A stretch of DNA of 64,000 nucleotides from Promethearchaeota archaeon. GTDB taxonomy: Archaea; Asgardarchaeota; Lokiarchaeia; Sigyniarchaeales; SOKP01. The stretch is from assembly GCA_029838195.1 (NCBI GenBank), contig JALGVJ010000020.1:1-64000 (forward strand), given 5' to 3'. A model generated the notes under the pieces. It had not been told where the DNA came from. It made no database searches and saw nothing but the letters and a program-made list of their open reading frames with translations. The position numbers were made by a program, and so were the translations under genes. This document shows positions 19,980 to 34,311 of the stretch, one piece after another. Positions within the stretch are counted from its first letter, which is position 1. Each line of letters starts with the position of its first letter.

Positions 19980-20968
19980 GAAAGAAGATATTTACTAAAT
20001 TCCCTTAATTGCTCTGGCGTCCGTATCTCCTCTTTAAAGAGAGGAACCTCAATGATCTTCCTTCCTAATTTCTCATGAAATATTTCCCTAATTTTTTTCA
20101 AATTTTTTTGCTGCATGGCTCTTCGAGATCGGCAGAAATCGCACAAATCCTCCGTGTTTTCGTACACTTGATTCACCACGATACAAGAGGAAGGAATCCT
20201 ATATTTTAACAATTCATTAATTAATCGACCGGTCTCTGCGATGGCCATCTCCTCGGGAATCATGACAATCACGAAATTATTGATAGTAGGATCCATTAAA
20301 TCTTCACGGGCATTTAAAATGATGCGGTTCATTTTTTCTAAAAATTCCAAGGTGTTGTCTTTTTTCTTTTCCTCTTTAGAAAAAATGTTCTTAAACACAC
20401 CAAAAATATTCCCAACTTTCACCCTCCATCGTAGTAATTTACCTATCCATCCTGAAAGTGTTTCCGGTAAACTGAGAAATCGCAAGGTATGCCCCGTTGG
20501 AGCCGTATCAAAAATCACTAAATCATAATCATGCTCAGTTTCTATAAATTCTAATACTTTTGCGAACGCTAATGCCTCATCGATCCCCGGCGGGCTCATA
20601 TTGGCTAAATCCTGAAGATCCCCCATATCTCCCATTAAGGAATTATCTTGCATGAAGTCCGGCAACCCAATTTCCTTTAAAGGGTTGAATTGAGTAAACT
20701 TTTGGAAATCAGCAATTTTCTCTCGTGGGTTAATCTCTAACGCAGTTAAATTCGGAATGCCTTCTATTTTAGTTGGAACTCCCGGAGCAAGCTCTACTCC
20801 CAATGAATCTCCAAGAGAATGGGCAGGGTCCGTACTAATGATTAATGTCTTTCTCCCGTGTTCTGCAGCCCATATAGCAGAAGAAGCCGAGCAGGTGGTT
20901 TTTCCAACACCTCCTTTGCCCCCAAACATTATCATTCTTAAATTTAATAATAAATCTTTTAATTCCAT
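19976..20968 (-). CDS. GET3/TRC40/ArsA-family ATPase
   Basis: GGKGGVGKTT, STDPAHSL, PGIDEA, DTAPTGHTLRFL, CDFC. Confidence 0.93.
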   Translation of the reverse strand: MELKDLLLNLRMIMFGGKGGVGKTTCSASSAIWAAEHGRKTLIISTDPAHSLGDSLGVELAPGVPTKIEGIPNLTALEINPREKIADFQKFTQFNPLKEIGLPDFMQDNSLMGDMGDLQDLANMSPPGIDEALAFAKVLEFIETEHDYDLVIFDTAPTGHTLRFLSLPETLSGWIGKLLRWRVKVGNIFGVFKNIFSKEEKKKDNTLEFLEKMNRIILNAREDLMDPTINNFVIVMIPEEMAIAETGRLINELLKYRIPSSCIVVNQVYENTEDLCDFCRSRRAMQQKNLKKIREIFHEKLGRKIIEVPLFKEEIRTPEQLREFSKYLLS

Positions 20969-21080
20969 CTTTTTACCTTTTTATCAAGGGTTGTATTTAA
21001 TGCTTAAAAACTCAAATTTTTTCTAGTGCTTCAAGGTGATTAAAATTCTAAGAATAAAAAATAAAACGTGGCAATATTTC

Positions 21081-22361
21081 TTAAAAGTCAATTTTAAAAC
21101 GAAGGATGGCAACAATTCCTCCAAAAGTCCGAATTAATGTTTCGCCTTCTTCGGTTTCCGAAGAAATTATCTCGACGGTAGTTCCTAAGGATTCAGCTAT
21201 TTCTCCTAAATGCTCGATAAGGGTTTTTTTATCCATAATTCCAAAAGAATTTGAACTACATTTTGGACAAATAGTATCTTGAGTTTCTGATTCAAATGCA
21301 GGTAAGTCTTTTTCCTTTATTATTTTAGTTACCTTATATCCGCAATTTCCGCATTCTAAATCGTAAATATACTCATTTAAATGTTCCGAAAGAATGAGCG
21401 TATCCACGGCACCCATTTCAAGCGCTTTTTTAACTTCCTTGATGCCATAAGCCACTAAGCCGGTATCATTGGAAAGCTCTTTTAAGAATCGTTGCATTAC
21501 TTGCTTTTCTTGGATATATTTTACATCTTCCATTTTATCTTTTACTTTTTCGATTAAAGCACGAATACCTTCAGCACCACCATATCCAATATCTACTACA
21601 TCTAAAATCTTATCTTTTAACCTGTAATCCAAGGAATCATCAGCTACAAATTTCTCTTTAGAAGGTCCAGGCCCACCAATGAAAATGCCTTTTAAATTTT
21701 CCATGTTTAGAAAAATTTCATTTATTGAATGGGAAATCCTGCGATAAAATCGTTTTTCTCCCTCTTCCATTAAGCGCTCAAATCGTCTTTGAGATTGCCC
21801 TCCTGCGCGATGTTTACTATGAATTCCTGAGGTGAATTCCCGAACTACTTCTATTTTGTTTCCTGAAATATATCCGACTGCGGCTTCCTGCCTTCCAATT
21901 ACCACTAAGCCATAAGTTTCCTTAGGAGCAAGCATTTCCTCTAAAGGCCATAATAAAAATTCGCTGGCACAGTGATACCGAAAGGTGGTAACTTTATCGG
22001 GAGGATCAATAATGTATAATTCATTTCTTTCCGTTCCTGGTGTATTATTTTGAGGGATTGCCCCCGAAAACATGACTAATCCATTTTCCGGAAGTTCTTT
22101 TATGTTTCTTAATTGGCCTAAAAGAGTACTGATGCTATCTAATACATTTTTCCTCGTTAATTTGGATTTTATATTGGAGGATTCAGAAATCTCATTCTTC
22201 AAATAATTCGTGACATCGGAAATTTTTCTCTCAGGAGGAATGTATAAAGAAATAAGCTCCGTATGAAATCCTTTCTTATCCTTCAAATATTCAAGTAATT
22301 TCTTGGTCTTGTAAATCTTTAATTTATTTTGTTTCGCTTTTTCCGTTATACTCATTTCCAT
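21081..22361 (-). CDS. prf1: Peptide chain release factor aRF1
   Basis: NIKS, YHC, GGQSQRRF, FGGIVAILRF. Confidence 0.97.
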   Translation of the reverse strand: MEMSITEKAKQNKLKIYKTKKLLEYLKDKKGFHTELISLYIPPERKISDVTNYLKNEISESSNIKSKLTRKNVLDSISTLLGQLRNIKELPENGLVMFSGAIPQNNTPGTERNELYIIDPPDKVTTFRYHCASEFLLWPLEEMLAPKETYGLVVIGRQEAAVGYISGNKIEVVREFTSGIHSKHRAGGQSQRRFERLMEEGEKRFYRRISHSINEIFLNMENLKGIFIGGPGPSKEKFVADDSLDYRLKDKILDVVDIGYGGAEGIRALIEKVKDKMEDVKYIQEKQVMQRFLKELSNDTGLVAYGIKEVKKALEMGAVDTLILSEHLNEYIYDLECGNCGYKVTKIIKEKDLPAFESETQDTICPKCSSNSFGIMDKKTLIEHLGEIAESLGTTVEIISSETEEGETLIRTFGGIVAILRFKIDF

Positions 22362-22449
22362 CTACAAGTTCAAAAAAAATCCAAAAGATTAATAGTTTTT
22401 CATTATTTTTTCTAAATAATCATTTACAACCGGTTTGGGATAGCATCTC

Positions 22450-23247
22450 ATGTCTCAAGAAAACGGAAATAACAGTACCATTCCGCGCTCTCATCCACGC
22501 TATCTTAGCCTTAAATATCGACATAAAATCATTGAAGGGATGAAAAATCTCGTGGTTGCCGAAGCCGGACTCATCGCTCATGGCCGGGGGGAGGCATTTG
22601 ATTATATTCTGGGCGAGAGGACCAACGAAATTGCCAGGGAAGCCATTAAAGCCGCCTCAGCATTATTGCTATTGGCCAAAAAGCCCGTTATTAGCGTGAA
22701 TGGAAATACTGCCGCACTTGTTCCTAAAGAAATTGTTGAGCTTTCCAAGATTTTGAAAGCACCCTTGGAAATTAACTTATTTTACAAGAAAAAAGGTAGG
22801 ATAGAAGCCATTAAAAAAGTCTTAGAAGAGGCAGGAGCCCTTGACATTCGCGGAATCCACGAGGAAAAACTCGTGGAAATTGAAGGATTAGACAGCAACA
22901 GGAGATTAGTAGAATCCATCAAGGATGCGGATGTTGTCATGGTCCCCTTAGAAGACGGTGATAGAACGGAAGCGTTAAAAAAATTAGGGAAAAAAATCAT
23001 AGCCATCGATTTAAATCCCTTGAGCAGAACCGCTTTATGGGCAGATATTACCATCGTGGATAATATTGTAAGAGCCATTCCACTCATGAATACTCTGATT
23101 CAAAAGTTAAAAAATAGCACTAAAAGCGAATTGGAAGAAATTGTTCGCCGGTTTGACAACAAAAAATGCATTCAAGCCTCCTTAGAACTCATTAAGAACT
23201 ACTTGGATGTCCAAAAAGAAAAAGCTTTTAAAAACGTGAAAATTTAA
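22450..23247 (+). CDS. Archaeal phosphopantothenate synthetase
   Basis: GLIAHGRGEAFDY, SVNGN, VPLEDGDR, IDLNPLSRT. Confidence 0.93.
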   Translation: MSQENGNNSTIPRSHPRYLSLKYRHKIIEGMKNLVVAEAGLIAHGRGEAFDYILGERTNEIAREAIKAASALLLLAKKPVISVNGNTAALVPKEIVELSKILKAPLEINLFYKKKGRIEAIKKVLEEAGALDIRGIHEEKLVEIEGLDSNRRLVESIKDADVVMVPLEDGDRTEALKKLGKKIIAIDLNPLSRTALWADITIVDNIVRAIPLMNTLIQKLKNSTKSELEEIVRRFDNKKCIQASLELIKNYLDVQKEKAFKNVKI

Positions 23248-23325
23248 ATCACTTTGTATTTAAAAAACCTTAAAAGGTCTATCTTTATATCTTATATATT
23301 CAAGACGAGTAAAAAACACCTTTTA

Positions 23326-23865
23326 ATGAATAAAAAAATAGGAATTGATAAAAACGTGGTAAACAATTCTCAGCCCCTTGCCCATCTCAATAACCTCTAT
23401 TCCATAAGAAGATGCACGGTTCATGATTTGGAGGGGGTCATTGCTGTCAATGAAAGGGAACTGCCCGAAGATTATCCCTATTTCTTTTATAAGAACATCT
23501 TGGATAACTTCGGCGATGCCTTCCTTGTCGCCGTTTCACCCTCTAATGAAATAATTGGTTATATCATGTGGCGAGTGGAAAAAACGCCTTCTTTAAATAG
23601 CTTGCGCCTAATTCACAAGGGACACTTGGTCTCCATCGCCGTAGATTCCCATCATAGAAGAAAAGGAATCGCCACGGCTTTATTGACTTATTCCATGCCC
23701 ATCATTAAAAAATATAATATATGCGAGTATGTTCTGGAAGTGCGCGTTTCTAATCAACCCGCCATAAATCTCTATAAAAAATTTAATTTCCAAGTACACT
23801 CCATAAAAAAGTGTTATTATCGCGATGGAGAAAACGCCTATTACATGATCAAAAAGGTCAGTTGA
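23326..23865 (+). CDS. Ard1/RimI-type N-acetyltransferase
   Basis: LPEDY, GHLVSIAV, RRKGIA, LEVRVSN, YYRDGENAY; start placed at the internal ATG. Confidence 0.9.
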   Translation: MNKKIGIDKNVVNNSQPLAHLNNLYSIRRCTVHDLEGVIAVNERELPEDYPYFFYKNILDNFGDAFLVAVSPSNEIIGYIMWRVEKTPSLNSLRLIHKGHLVSIAVDSHHRRKGIATALLTYSMPIIKKYNICEYVLEVRVSNQPAINLYKKFNFQVHSIKKCYYRDGENAYYMIKKVS

Positions 23866-23867
23866 GC

Positions 23868-24854
23868 CTACACGCTCATAGAACGCTCTAAACCTTTAAT
23901 TAATGCCGTTAACATCGCATTTATCGGGGCATTCATTCCCAACTTTTCTGCAATCTCCACGATTTTCCCATTAATGAAATCGATCTCAGTTTTCTTCCCC
24001 TTTAACACGTCTTGTAACATGGAATTTTGATTTCTTGCCGTTTTTCTTGCCACTTCTATCATGGCTGCCACGTGATCTTTATCTTCCACGGAAAATCCTC
24101 CCTTTTTCGCCATCATCACGGCTTCTTTCACGCTTTCTTCCATTAAACGCCTCACGGGAATCACCTCCAACATCTCTCCATTTCGCAACCGCGTTAATGC
24201 CCCAATCGCATTAATCCCAATATTCACGAATATCTTTTCCCAGCACTCTTTTTGAATATCCTCCACTATAATGGTCTCAAATTCCGCCGATTCAAAAATC
24301 TCTTTTAACGTCCTCAATTGTTCCCTCTCTTTATTGCCACGGCTCTGAAAAGGAAATCCAATTTTCGTGATCCCCCTGCCAGTATGGACTACGGTCCCCC
24401 ATTTTATCAAATTTGCACCCTCCGTCGTTAGAGCTCTAATTATTTTACCCTCATCACAATACGTTTTCACCCGCTCCTCATTCCCAACTCCATTCTGCAA
24501 GATGACCAAAGCTTCACATGATTTAACCAATTCCTTGTATTCCCTCATGGCTGCATCTATCGCATGAGCTTTCGTCGTGAGAAAAAGAAAATCAAAAGTA
24601 CTTGGAATTTCCCCGCTCCTCGCTTTCTCAAAATATTCCATTGACGTGAATGCTTTTACCTCAGGACAAATTAATCTCTCATCCCCTTTTACCACGATTA
24701 ATCCCTCTCGTGAAATCGCCTCCACGTGCCCCTCTCGACCAAATAACACCACACGTGTCCGATATTTCTCCGAAGAAATCAAGGACAGGCAACCCCCAAA
24801 TAAGCTTCCAATGCTCCCGGCACCAATGAATCCAAATGTAAGTGCTCGCACCAT
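23868..24854 (-). CDS. panE: Ketopantoate reductase
   Basis: GAGSIG, LQNGVG, WEKIFVN..IN, SMLQD, TEIDFING. Confidence 0.92.
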   Translation of the reverse strand: MVRALTFGFIGAGSIGSLFGGCLSLISSEKYRTRVVLFGREGHVEAISREGLIVVKGDERLICPEVKAFTSMEYFEKARSGEIPSTFDFLFLTTKAHAIDAAMREYKELVKSCEALVILQNGVGNEERVKTYCDEGKIIRALTTEGANLIKWGTVVHTGRGITKIGFPFQSRGNKEREQLRTLKEIFESAEFETIIVEDIQKECWEKIFVNIGINAIGALTRLRNGEMLEVIPVRRLMEESVKEAVMMAKKGGFSVEDKDHVAAMIEVARKTARNQNSMLQDVLKGKKTEIDFINGKIVEIAEKLGMNAPINAMLTALIKGLERSMSV

Positions 24855-24918
24855 TTAATTGCCTTCCATTCTTCTTTTCTTACTTTTTTTCAATAATTTT
24901 TAAATGAATATTAATTCC

Positions 24919-25794
24919 TTAAAAAAATTTATCTAAGGTTGTTTGCCCTTGAGCTACCTCTCCCGACTTTTTCCTCAAATCCAAAATTGAAACCTTTTCC
25001 GGCTCCTTTCTCGGCTGAATATTTAGCTCCCTCATCATCATAAGGGCATTTTTCGCCGCATATCCAGAAAAATGGTTGTTAAAATATATTCCCACGTTCT
25101 CCACCTTTTCAATAACATTCTTCAATTCCCCCGCCCAATGTTTTATCTCTTCTTCCTTAAATAAGTAATCAAACCAAATCCGCTTCCCATAGCCGTGAAA
25201 TCGAATGTAAAAAAATTCAGGCGTGGTAACGTCCATGCATGGAGGCAATAACGGCTCTACCACGTTACAATATGTCACCTCCACATCTCTTAGATAATTG
25301 AATACTTCCTCTTCCATCCATGACTCATGCCGAAATTCCACCACCAAATGATACCCTTTCTCCTTCCACTCTTCCGGCCATGCCTCTATAAACTCCTTTA
25401 AATTCGAAAAATGCTCTTCCCTCTTAAAAGAAGGCGGCAACTGTATTAAAAAAGCCCAAATCTTCCTCGCCTCGATCATGGGCGACATCACCTCCAAAAA
25501 CCGATCTAATTCAAATTGACACCCCGCATGCTCCAATTTCTGCTCGTGCGTGATGACACGAGGAAGCTTCGCAGAAAACATGAAATCCAGCGGCGTCTTT
25601 CTCACCCAATTCTCCACGACACGACGCAAGGGCACGTGATAAAACGTGGTATTGATCTCGCTCGTATGAAAAATCTCGGAATAATACAACAAAAATTGCT
25701 CCTTTTTTATCACGCGCGGATAAAATGGCCCCACCCACTCATCATACCCCCATCCCGATGTACCTATAAGTATCCTTCTCGCCATTTTCCTCAC
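24919..25794 (-). CDS. DUF72 family protein with C-terminal PIP-box
   Basis: IGTSGWGY..W.G.FYP, EINTTFY, LIQLPPSF, EFRH.SW, YIRFHG, YFNN; ends QTTLDKFF. Confidence 0.9.
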   Translation of the reverse strand: MRKMARRILIGTSGWGYDEWVGPFYPRVIKKEQFLLYYSEIFHTSEINTTFYHVPLRRVVENWVRKTPLDFMFSAKLPRVITHEQKLEHAGCQFELDRFLEVMSPMIEARKIWAFLIQLPPSFKREEHFSNLKEFIEAWPEEWKEKGYHLVVEFRHESWMEEEVFNYLRDVEVTYCNVVEPLLPPCMDVTTPEFFYIRFHGYGKRIWFDYLFKEEEIKHWAGELKNVIEKVENVGIYFNNHFSGYAAKNALMMMRELNIQPRKEPEKVSILDLRKKSGEVAQGQTTLDKFF

Positions 25795-26030
25795 CTTCTC
25801 ACACCCCTTAATGCTTCTTCCCTTAAAAAACTTTGATTAAAAAACTAAAATTTTGAGAAATAAAACCATCCCTCTAAAAAAAATAAAAAATATTTATTCC
25901 TTCCCAGTCTCCTCCATGACCCCCCCTTTTTCCTTTTTCCGCCTTCACCCCTCCCTTTCATGTCACCGAAAAATATTTATTTCTCTAATGATTTATTTGT
26001 CTTGTCGATGATATTTAATTCATTCCTAAA

Positions 26031-26045
26031 AATGACTTTTATATC
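26031..26045 (+). promoter_or_regulatory. Probable TATA box of the 23S rRNA transcription unit
   Basis: TTTATAT at 26038-26044, just before the switch from AT-rich DNA to a structured leader. Confidence 0.5.
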
Positions 26046-26345
26046 ATCGCAAATTATTGGTAAGAAAAATGCCTCATCCCACGGATGATGCAGTGCCAAT
26101 AATTGGTACGGGCCTCGTGGAAGTACATCGGACCGGAACCTATAAAATACCTCCGCCCGATGCTACGGGAAACGAGTGCTTGAAACGACTGCCGTACCGC
26201 TCCTCATTAGTCGCTTCAAGAACTCCCGTGCCAAGCACGACCACCGTGCTCATAGGAACTCCTTCCCCACGCAAGCGTGATTCTCAATCATATCACCACG
26301 TTGCAACCCCTTGCAACTCAACACGATACCCTTACACGTAATGCG

Positions 26346-26368
26346 CCCTCAAACGAGCACTCTGAACC
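26346..26368 (+). other. 5' strand of the pre-23S BHB processing stem (pairs with 29719-29741)
   Basis: CCCTCAAAC-GAGC-ACT-CTGAACC pairs with GGTTCAG-GCTT-AGG-GTTTGAGGG, a canonical BHB. Confidence 0.9.
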
Positions 26369-26380
26369 TTTCCCTGAGTA

Positions 26381-29704
<3,324 letters not shown>

Positions 29705-30146
29705 GAAACGGGCTTGTTGGTTCAGGCTTAGGGTTTGAGGGATTAGAGAGGCAAGAAGAGGCGTGTAAGGAAAAAGCATGAGGTGTAAGAAGAGTGAGGT
29801 GTGAGGTGGTTAGAGGGGTTGAGAATGGGAGCGGAGGCGTGTGGTGTATAAGGAGGAGTTCCGATGGGCATGATGGAGTTTTATTTTTTTCATTTATTGT
29901 TATTTTTAAGATATTGAGAGATAAGGCGATTCGGGGAAGGCAAATTCAAATTTATTTTAAATGGATTGAAATGACCAGATTCATGACGTTAGAGGAGAAT
30001 ATAGTTTAGTTGTTCTTTCTATTATTGGAGAGGAGAATAAGGGAAATTGTTAAGAGTAGAAGATAAAAAAAAAAAAAGGAAGATTGTATCATGCGATGAG
30101 CTTGAAGTCTAACAAGAGATTGGTGAGAAAATTAGCCAAATTTCTG

Positions 30147-31082
30147 TTAATCTTCCAGTAATCCGAATTGTACAAATATATCATTTTTTGCTTTATCTAT
30201 TGATGCGATTGTTTTTCTAATGTTATTAAGTGAATCTGTATTTTGTTTTTCAGCTTTTCTCAGGAGTTGGATAATGGCATTAAAATTATTTTCTACGGTA
30301 TTTTTGATATCTTCCAGCTGGTCAACGACTTTACTAATCTTGACGGAGGCGTGTTGTCGTTCTATCAAGAATAAAGTGCTCAAGAGACCGCTGGTATTGA
30401 CAGGGATGACCTTGCTTGTTTGAAGGGATTTAATGATCTCATTGTTCAGGGAAAGATAAATATAGTCGGGTATGAACATCAAGGCAAAATTCATTGTTCC
30501 CGCGCTAGGATTGATATATCGGGCAACTTCAGGGATTCTATTGAGAACGCGTTGGTTAATTTTCTTTCTTTCTTCTTTGGATAAAAACAATAATTCTCCT
30601 TCCTCCACATTTTTTTCAGGTAATAGTTCTTCACTGATTGAAAATTTTGAATCTAAAGGAAGAATCAAGTTATCTGGGGGCATGAAAATAGCGAAATCGA
30701 CTCTTCCCATGCCTCCCGGAAGGGGATATTGTTCTTTCCATAATTCTTCTGGAAAATTAGTGAGGATTGTTCTTACGATTCCTTCACCTAGCGTTCCTTT
30801 TGCGCTGGGTTTCATTAATAAGGTATCATAGAATTTTTGAAACCCTTCTCTTAAATTTTCACCAATGGACCTAATAGAATCGATTTGATTAAACAAGCTA
30901 TTACTTAAGGTTTGGATGGTGGAAACAGTTCCATCGAGGCGATTAGAGGTGTCTGAGATTTTATTAACGTGTTGGAATTTCTTTTGTAAAAGAATATAAA
31001 TGATAAAAGCGAGTACTATGATTATCACGATGGAACTCAGAAAAAATCCTGCAATCAATTCTCCCATTTTAAATTCACTCAT
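30147..31082 (-). CDS. rmuC: RmuC-family protein
   Basis: N-terminal TM and coiled coil, KGTLGE, EQY, RVDFAI, LPLDSKF, FALMFIP. Confidence 0.85.
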   Translation of the reverse strand: MSEFKMGELIAGFFLSSIVIIIVLAFIIYILLQKKFQHVNKISDTSNRLDGTVSTIQTLSNSLFNQIDSIRSIGENLREGFQKFYDTLLMKPSAKGTLGEGIVRTILTNFPEELWKEQYPLPGGMGRVDFAIFMPPDNLILPLDSKFSISEELLPEKNVEEGELLFLSKEERKKINQRVLNRIPEVARYINPSAGTMNFALMFIPDYIYLSLNNEIIKSLQTSKVIPVNTSGLLSTLFLIERQHASVKISKVVDQLEDIKNTVENNFNAIIQLLRKAEKQNTDSLNNIRKTIASIDKAKNDIFVQFGLLED

Positions 31083-31824
31083 TAACTTGATTTTTTGAAT
31101 AAAGAATTTTATCTCTTTTTTTAAAATAAAAGGATCTAATTAATGATTACATTTTTATTCTTTTTAAATTTTAATTTTTAAATCATACTAAAGGAACTAT
31201 TATTTATATAAGCAAGGAATCTAATAAATCCCCGAGATGTGATCATCATTCCCACGGGGTTGAGGCCATGATCGCATTAGATCTCCCATAATCAAGAACT
31301 TTTTTAAAAAATCACTCTTCTCAGATCATTTATTCCAATTTAAGGGGAAAAATTGAAACCTTTCTCAAAAAACAATAATTACCCCAAAATATTTGCAATC
31401 ATTAAATTATTACTCATCGGTTTTTATTATTATTTTCATTGTAAGGCGAGTGCACGTACATTTCCTCTTTAGTGATACCAAAATAGACTGCACCCCTTGT
31501 TCTCTTTCCCAAAACGTGAAAAAAGAGTTATTTTTGTCCATTATATATATTAAAACCTTTATCATAATTAAATGATGTAAACAATAAACCCACATGATAG
31601 TGTAATGATAAAGGCGTGTAATCCTTTTTTTACTTATTACATTCCCGTCTCTACCCCTCCTTGAAAAATAAAGTTCGATATTAATATAAAAGGAAAAACC
31701 TTTAGTTTTTATGAATTTCAAAACTCATCAAAAGAAGATTTTGAGAATTTGTGTAGGAAACTGAAAATGTGGATAGGAAAAAAAATATGATACAGAACTT
31801 TTTCCTATTTCCGTCAGTTTCCCA

Positions 31825-32091
31825 ATGCTAAAAAGCCTTTACGAGGTGGAAGAACTCCTCGCAAAGGAAGTTTTTAAGAAAAAAATCGTGAGAAGATTCT
31901 TAAGCTGCGATTCCGCCTCTATTAATTATATCCTCTCCAGGGAATACATGAGGTACTTAGAGGAGGAAAATTTAGCTCCTCTCTATGATAAAAACGCTTT
32001 GGAAACCATTCCTTGGGAAGAAATTAACTTCAATTTTATCGTACAATCATTTTCGGATGATTCAAGAAGAATACCAATTTATAAAGAATAA
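31825..32091 (+). CDS. Hypothetical protein
   Basis: 88-aa ORF with natural composition; family not recognised. Confidence 0.6.
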   Translation: MLKSLYEVEELLAKEVFKKKIVRRFLSCDSASINYILSREYMRYLEEENLAPLYDKNALETIPWEEINFNFIVQSFSDDSRRIPIYKE

Positions 32092-32182
32092 AAAAATTTT
32101 AATCTTGTTTAAAAAACCCCCCAAGCATTTCATTTTAAAGTTCTTGAAAATGCTGGGGATTTAAGAGTGAAAAACTCATGAT

Positions 32183-32869
32183 TCACGTTCCAATTTCATT
32201 CAAGATTTGACGTAGCACGAGATTAAAATTAAGGGTTTCGGGGAGACCTTGATAAAATTCGCTTACTTTCACGATATTCAAGATGGCAATATTTCCTCCA
32301 TTGAAATAGACTTTCCTAACGTCGCTGGCTTGTAATCCCCCCGCAACGCCGATGAGCGTGTCGAATTTGGAGCGGATTTTATTAATATCCTTGTAACGGA
32401 TGATGATGCGTGGATTAGCTTCTTCATCTCGTCCTTTATGAATGATGACGACGTTAGGGGGTTGTTTTAAACGCATTAATTTCTTGAGGGGATTATCGAC
32501 GCCCAGCATATCAATCATGGAATACAACCCGTACCGCATGCAAGAGGAAATGAATTGGTCTAAGGTTTCCGTGGGGGCGGTCCCGAGAGCTGTTACTCCA
32601 TTTGCCCTTGCGTGATATGCAAAAGAAACTTCTTCTTTAGCTCCATCCATTATCTTGAGGTCTGCTACGAGGAATCCACTCCAATAACGCCGTAAATAGT
32701 GTAAGCCTTGAATGCCTTCTCTTTTTATGAAAGGGGTGCCTGCTTCTATAATGATGCGAACATCCCTCGGCAACTGAGGAAGGATTCGTGAGGCTTCCAT
32801 GAGGGTGTGATTAAAGGCTAATTGAACATATCGTCGCGAGAAGGTTAACGTGCTAGGCATCATCATCAC
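32183..32869 (-). CDS. 3-hexulose-6-phosphate synthase-like (OMPDC/HUMPS family)
   Basis: IEAGTPFIK.EG, VADLKIMDG, GVAGGL. Confidence 0.8.
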   Translation of the reverse strand: MMMMPSTLTFSRRYVQLAFNHTLMEASRILPQLPRDVRIIIEAGTPFIKREGIQGLHYLRRYWSGFLVADLKIMDGAKEEVSFAYHARANGVTALGTAPTETLDQFISSCMRYGLYSMIDMLGVDNPLKKLMRLKQPPNVVIIHKGRDEEANPRIIIRYKDINKIRSKFDTLIGVAGGLQASDVRKVYFNGGNIAILNIVKVSEFYQGLPETLNFNLVLRQILNEIGT

Positions 32870-32874
32870 TCAAT

Positions 32875-33642
32875 TTATCGTTTTTCAAAAATCTTTTCCA
32901 AGTTAGAGGGCAATAGAATGACGATTTTTTCGGAAGGATCTTGGGAAATATCTCGTATGGTCTGGAGAGTTCGAAGCAATAACGCCCCCGGGTCTTTCGA
33001 GAGCGTTGCTGCTGCATTGTAGAGATTTTCTGCTGCGTTCAATTCTCCTTCGGAAGCAATGATTGCAGCCCTCTTTTCTCGCTCTGCTTCAGCCTGTTTA
33101 GCCATGGCTCGTTTCATTTCTGCTGGTAATTCTATCTCTTGTATCTTTATGCTGATAATGTCAATTCCCCATTCATTGGTTTCCGAATCCACGATTTCTC
33201 GAATGGAAGAGGCAATACGTTCTCGTTCGGTCAAAACACTATCTAATTCCATGTTTCCGATGACATCTCGCAAGGCCGCTTGAGTATATTGTCTCACGGC
33301 GTAGGTATAATTTTCAATTTTTATGACAGCATCTTCCGGTCTTACGACTTTAAAATATACCACGGTATTGGCGATTACAGGAATATTATCTTTTGTAATG
33401 ACCTCTTGGCGCGGAATATCTTCCGTCATGATTCTTAAATCTACTTTTTTAGCGGATTCGACCCAAGGAAGGATGAACACCACGCCGGGGCCAATAGTTC
33501 TATGATATTTTCCTAATCGAAAAATGATCAATCGTTCGTATTCCACTACGATTTTGAGACCCGATAAAATCCAAATGAGCAAAATAAAGCCCATGATTCC
33601 TCCAAAAATTAAACTAATAAACACTCCTATTTGATAGATCAT
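32875..33642 (-). CDS. SPFH/stomatin (slipin) family membrane protein
   Basis: EYER.IIFRLG, VDLR, QEVITKDN, RAMAKQAEAEREKRA. Confidence 0.95.
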   Translation of the reverse strand: MIYQIGVFISLIFGGIMGFILLIWILSGLKIVVEYERLIIFRLGKYHRTIGPGVVFILPWVESAKKVDLRIMTEDIPRQEVITKDNIPVIANTVVYFKVVRPEDAVIKIENYTYAVRQYTQAALRDVIGNMELDSVLTERERIASSIREIVDSETNEWGIDIISIKIQEIELPAEMKRAMAKQAEAEREKRAAIIASEGELNAAENLYNAAATLSKDPGALLLRTLQTIRDISQDPSEKIVILLPSNLEKIFEKR

Positions 33643-34017
33643 CTTTTTATCCCATTTATTTTATTTTAATTATTTTAATTTATTTTTTGGATGCTCCAAA
33701 AAATTTTACGTGTTTAGAATTTATTATATAAAAGGAAAGATATATTCTTATTTTTAATTCTTCATTTCATCTCGATCGAGCAAAGACCCATGGAGCTCAT
33801 TCCCGATAGTTTAGGCTCATGAATATTAGGAACTCTTCAATTAGGTTCCAAATTTTTTAAGTACAATTCATTACATCGCACCTTCTAAATAGCATCCTAT
33901 TGGCATGCCCATTCATGGTACCCTAAGCTAGCGTGAAAGAAGGAAGGAATTACGTGGATTTTTTAATCTTTTTCTCGAATGCATTCATTGACCAAGCATT
34001 TTTAATGGTGATATAAA

Positions 34018-34236
34018 ATGTTAGAATCTTCCTCGTTAAACAAAAAAAGGAAAAAAAGAATGATTAAAAATGCCCGATGGATTGAATATGATGATGATTA
34101 TACGAAAGAGCTTTGTCCTAATTGCTTTCAAGCTCTACAAGAGAACCATAATGTTCTTTTTTCAAAAGGATGGTTGAACAAAAAGGAATTCATCCAATGC
34201 GAAAATTGCGGGTATGTCATGTGTAGAAAACCATGA
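34018..34236 (+). CDS. Small Zn-ribbon protein
   Basis: CPNC...CENCG; GGTGA SD-like motif upstream. Confidence 0.6.
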   Translation: MLESSSLNKKRKKRMIKNARWIEYDDDYTKELCPNCFQALQENHNVLFSKGWLNKKEFIQCENCGYVMCRKP

Positions 34237-34311
34237 AATTTTGCGTGGAACCGGCTATAAAGGTGCATCTAGTCCCTCATCTCCACATCATGGATCAAGA
34301 TGCCATGATAT

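Noticed and set aside
31393-31721. Two overlapping short ORFs
   Set aside because: They have composition typical of AT-rich non-coding frames and no motifs.
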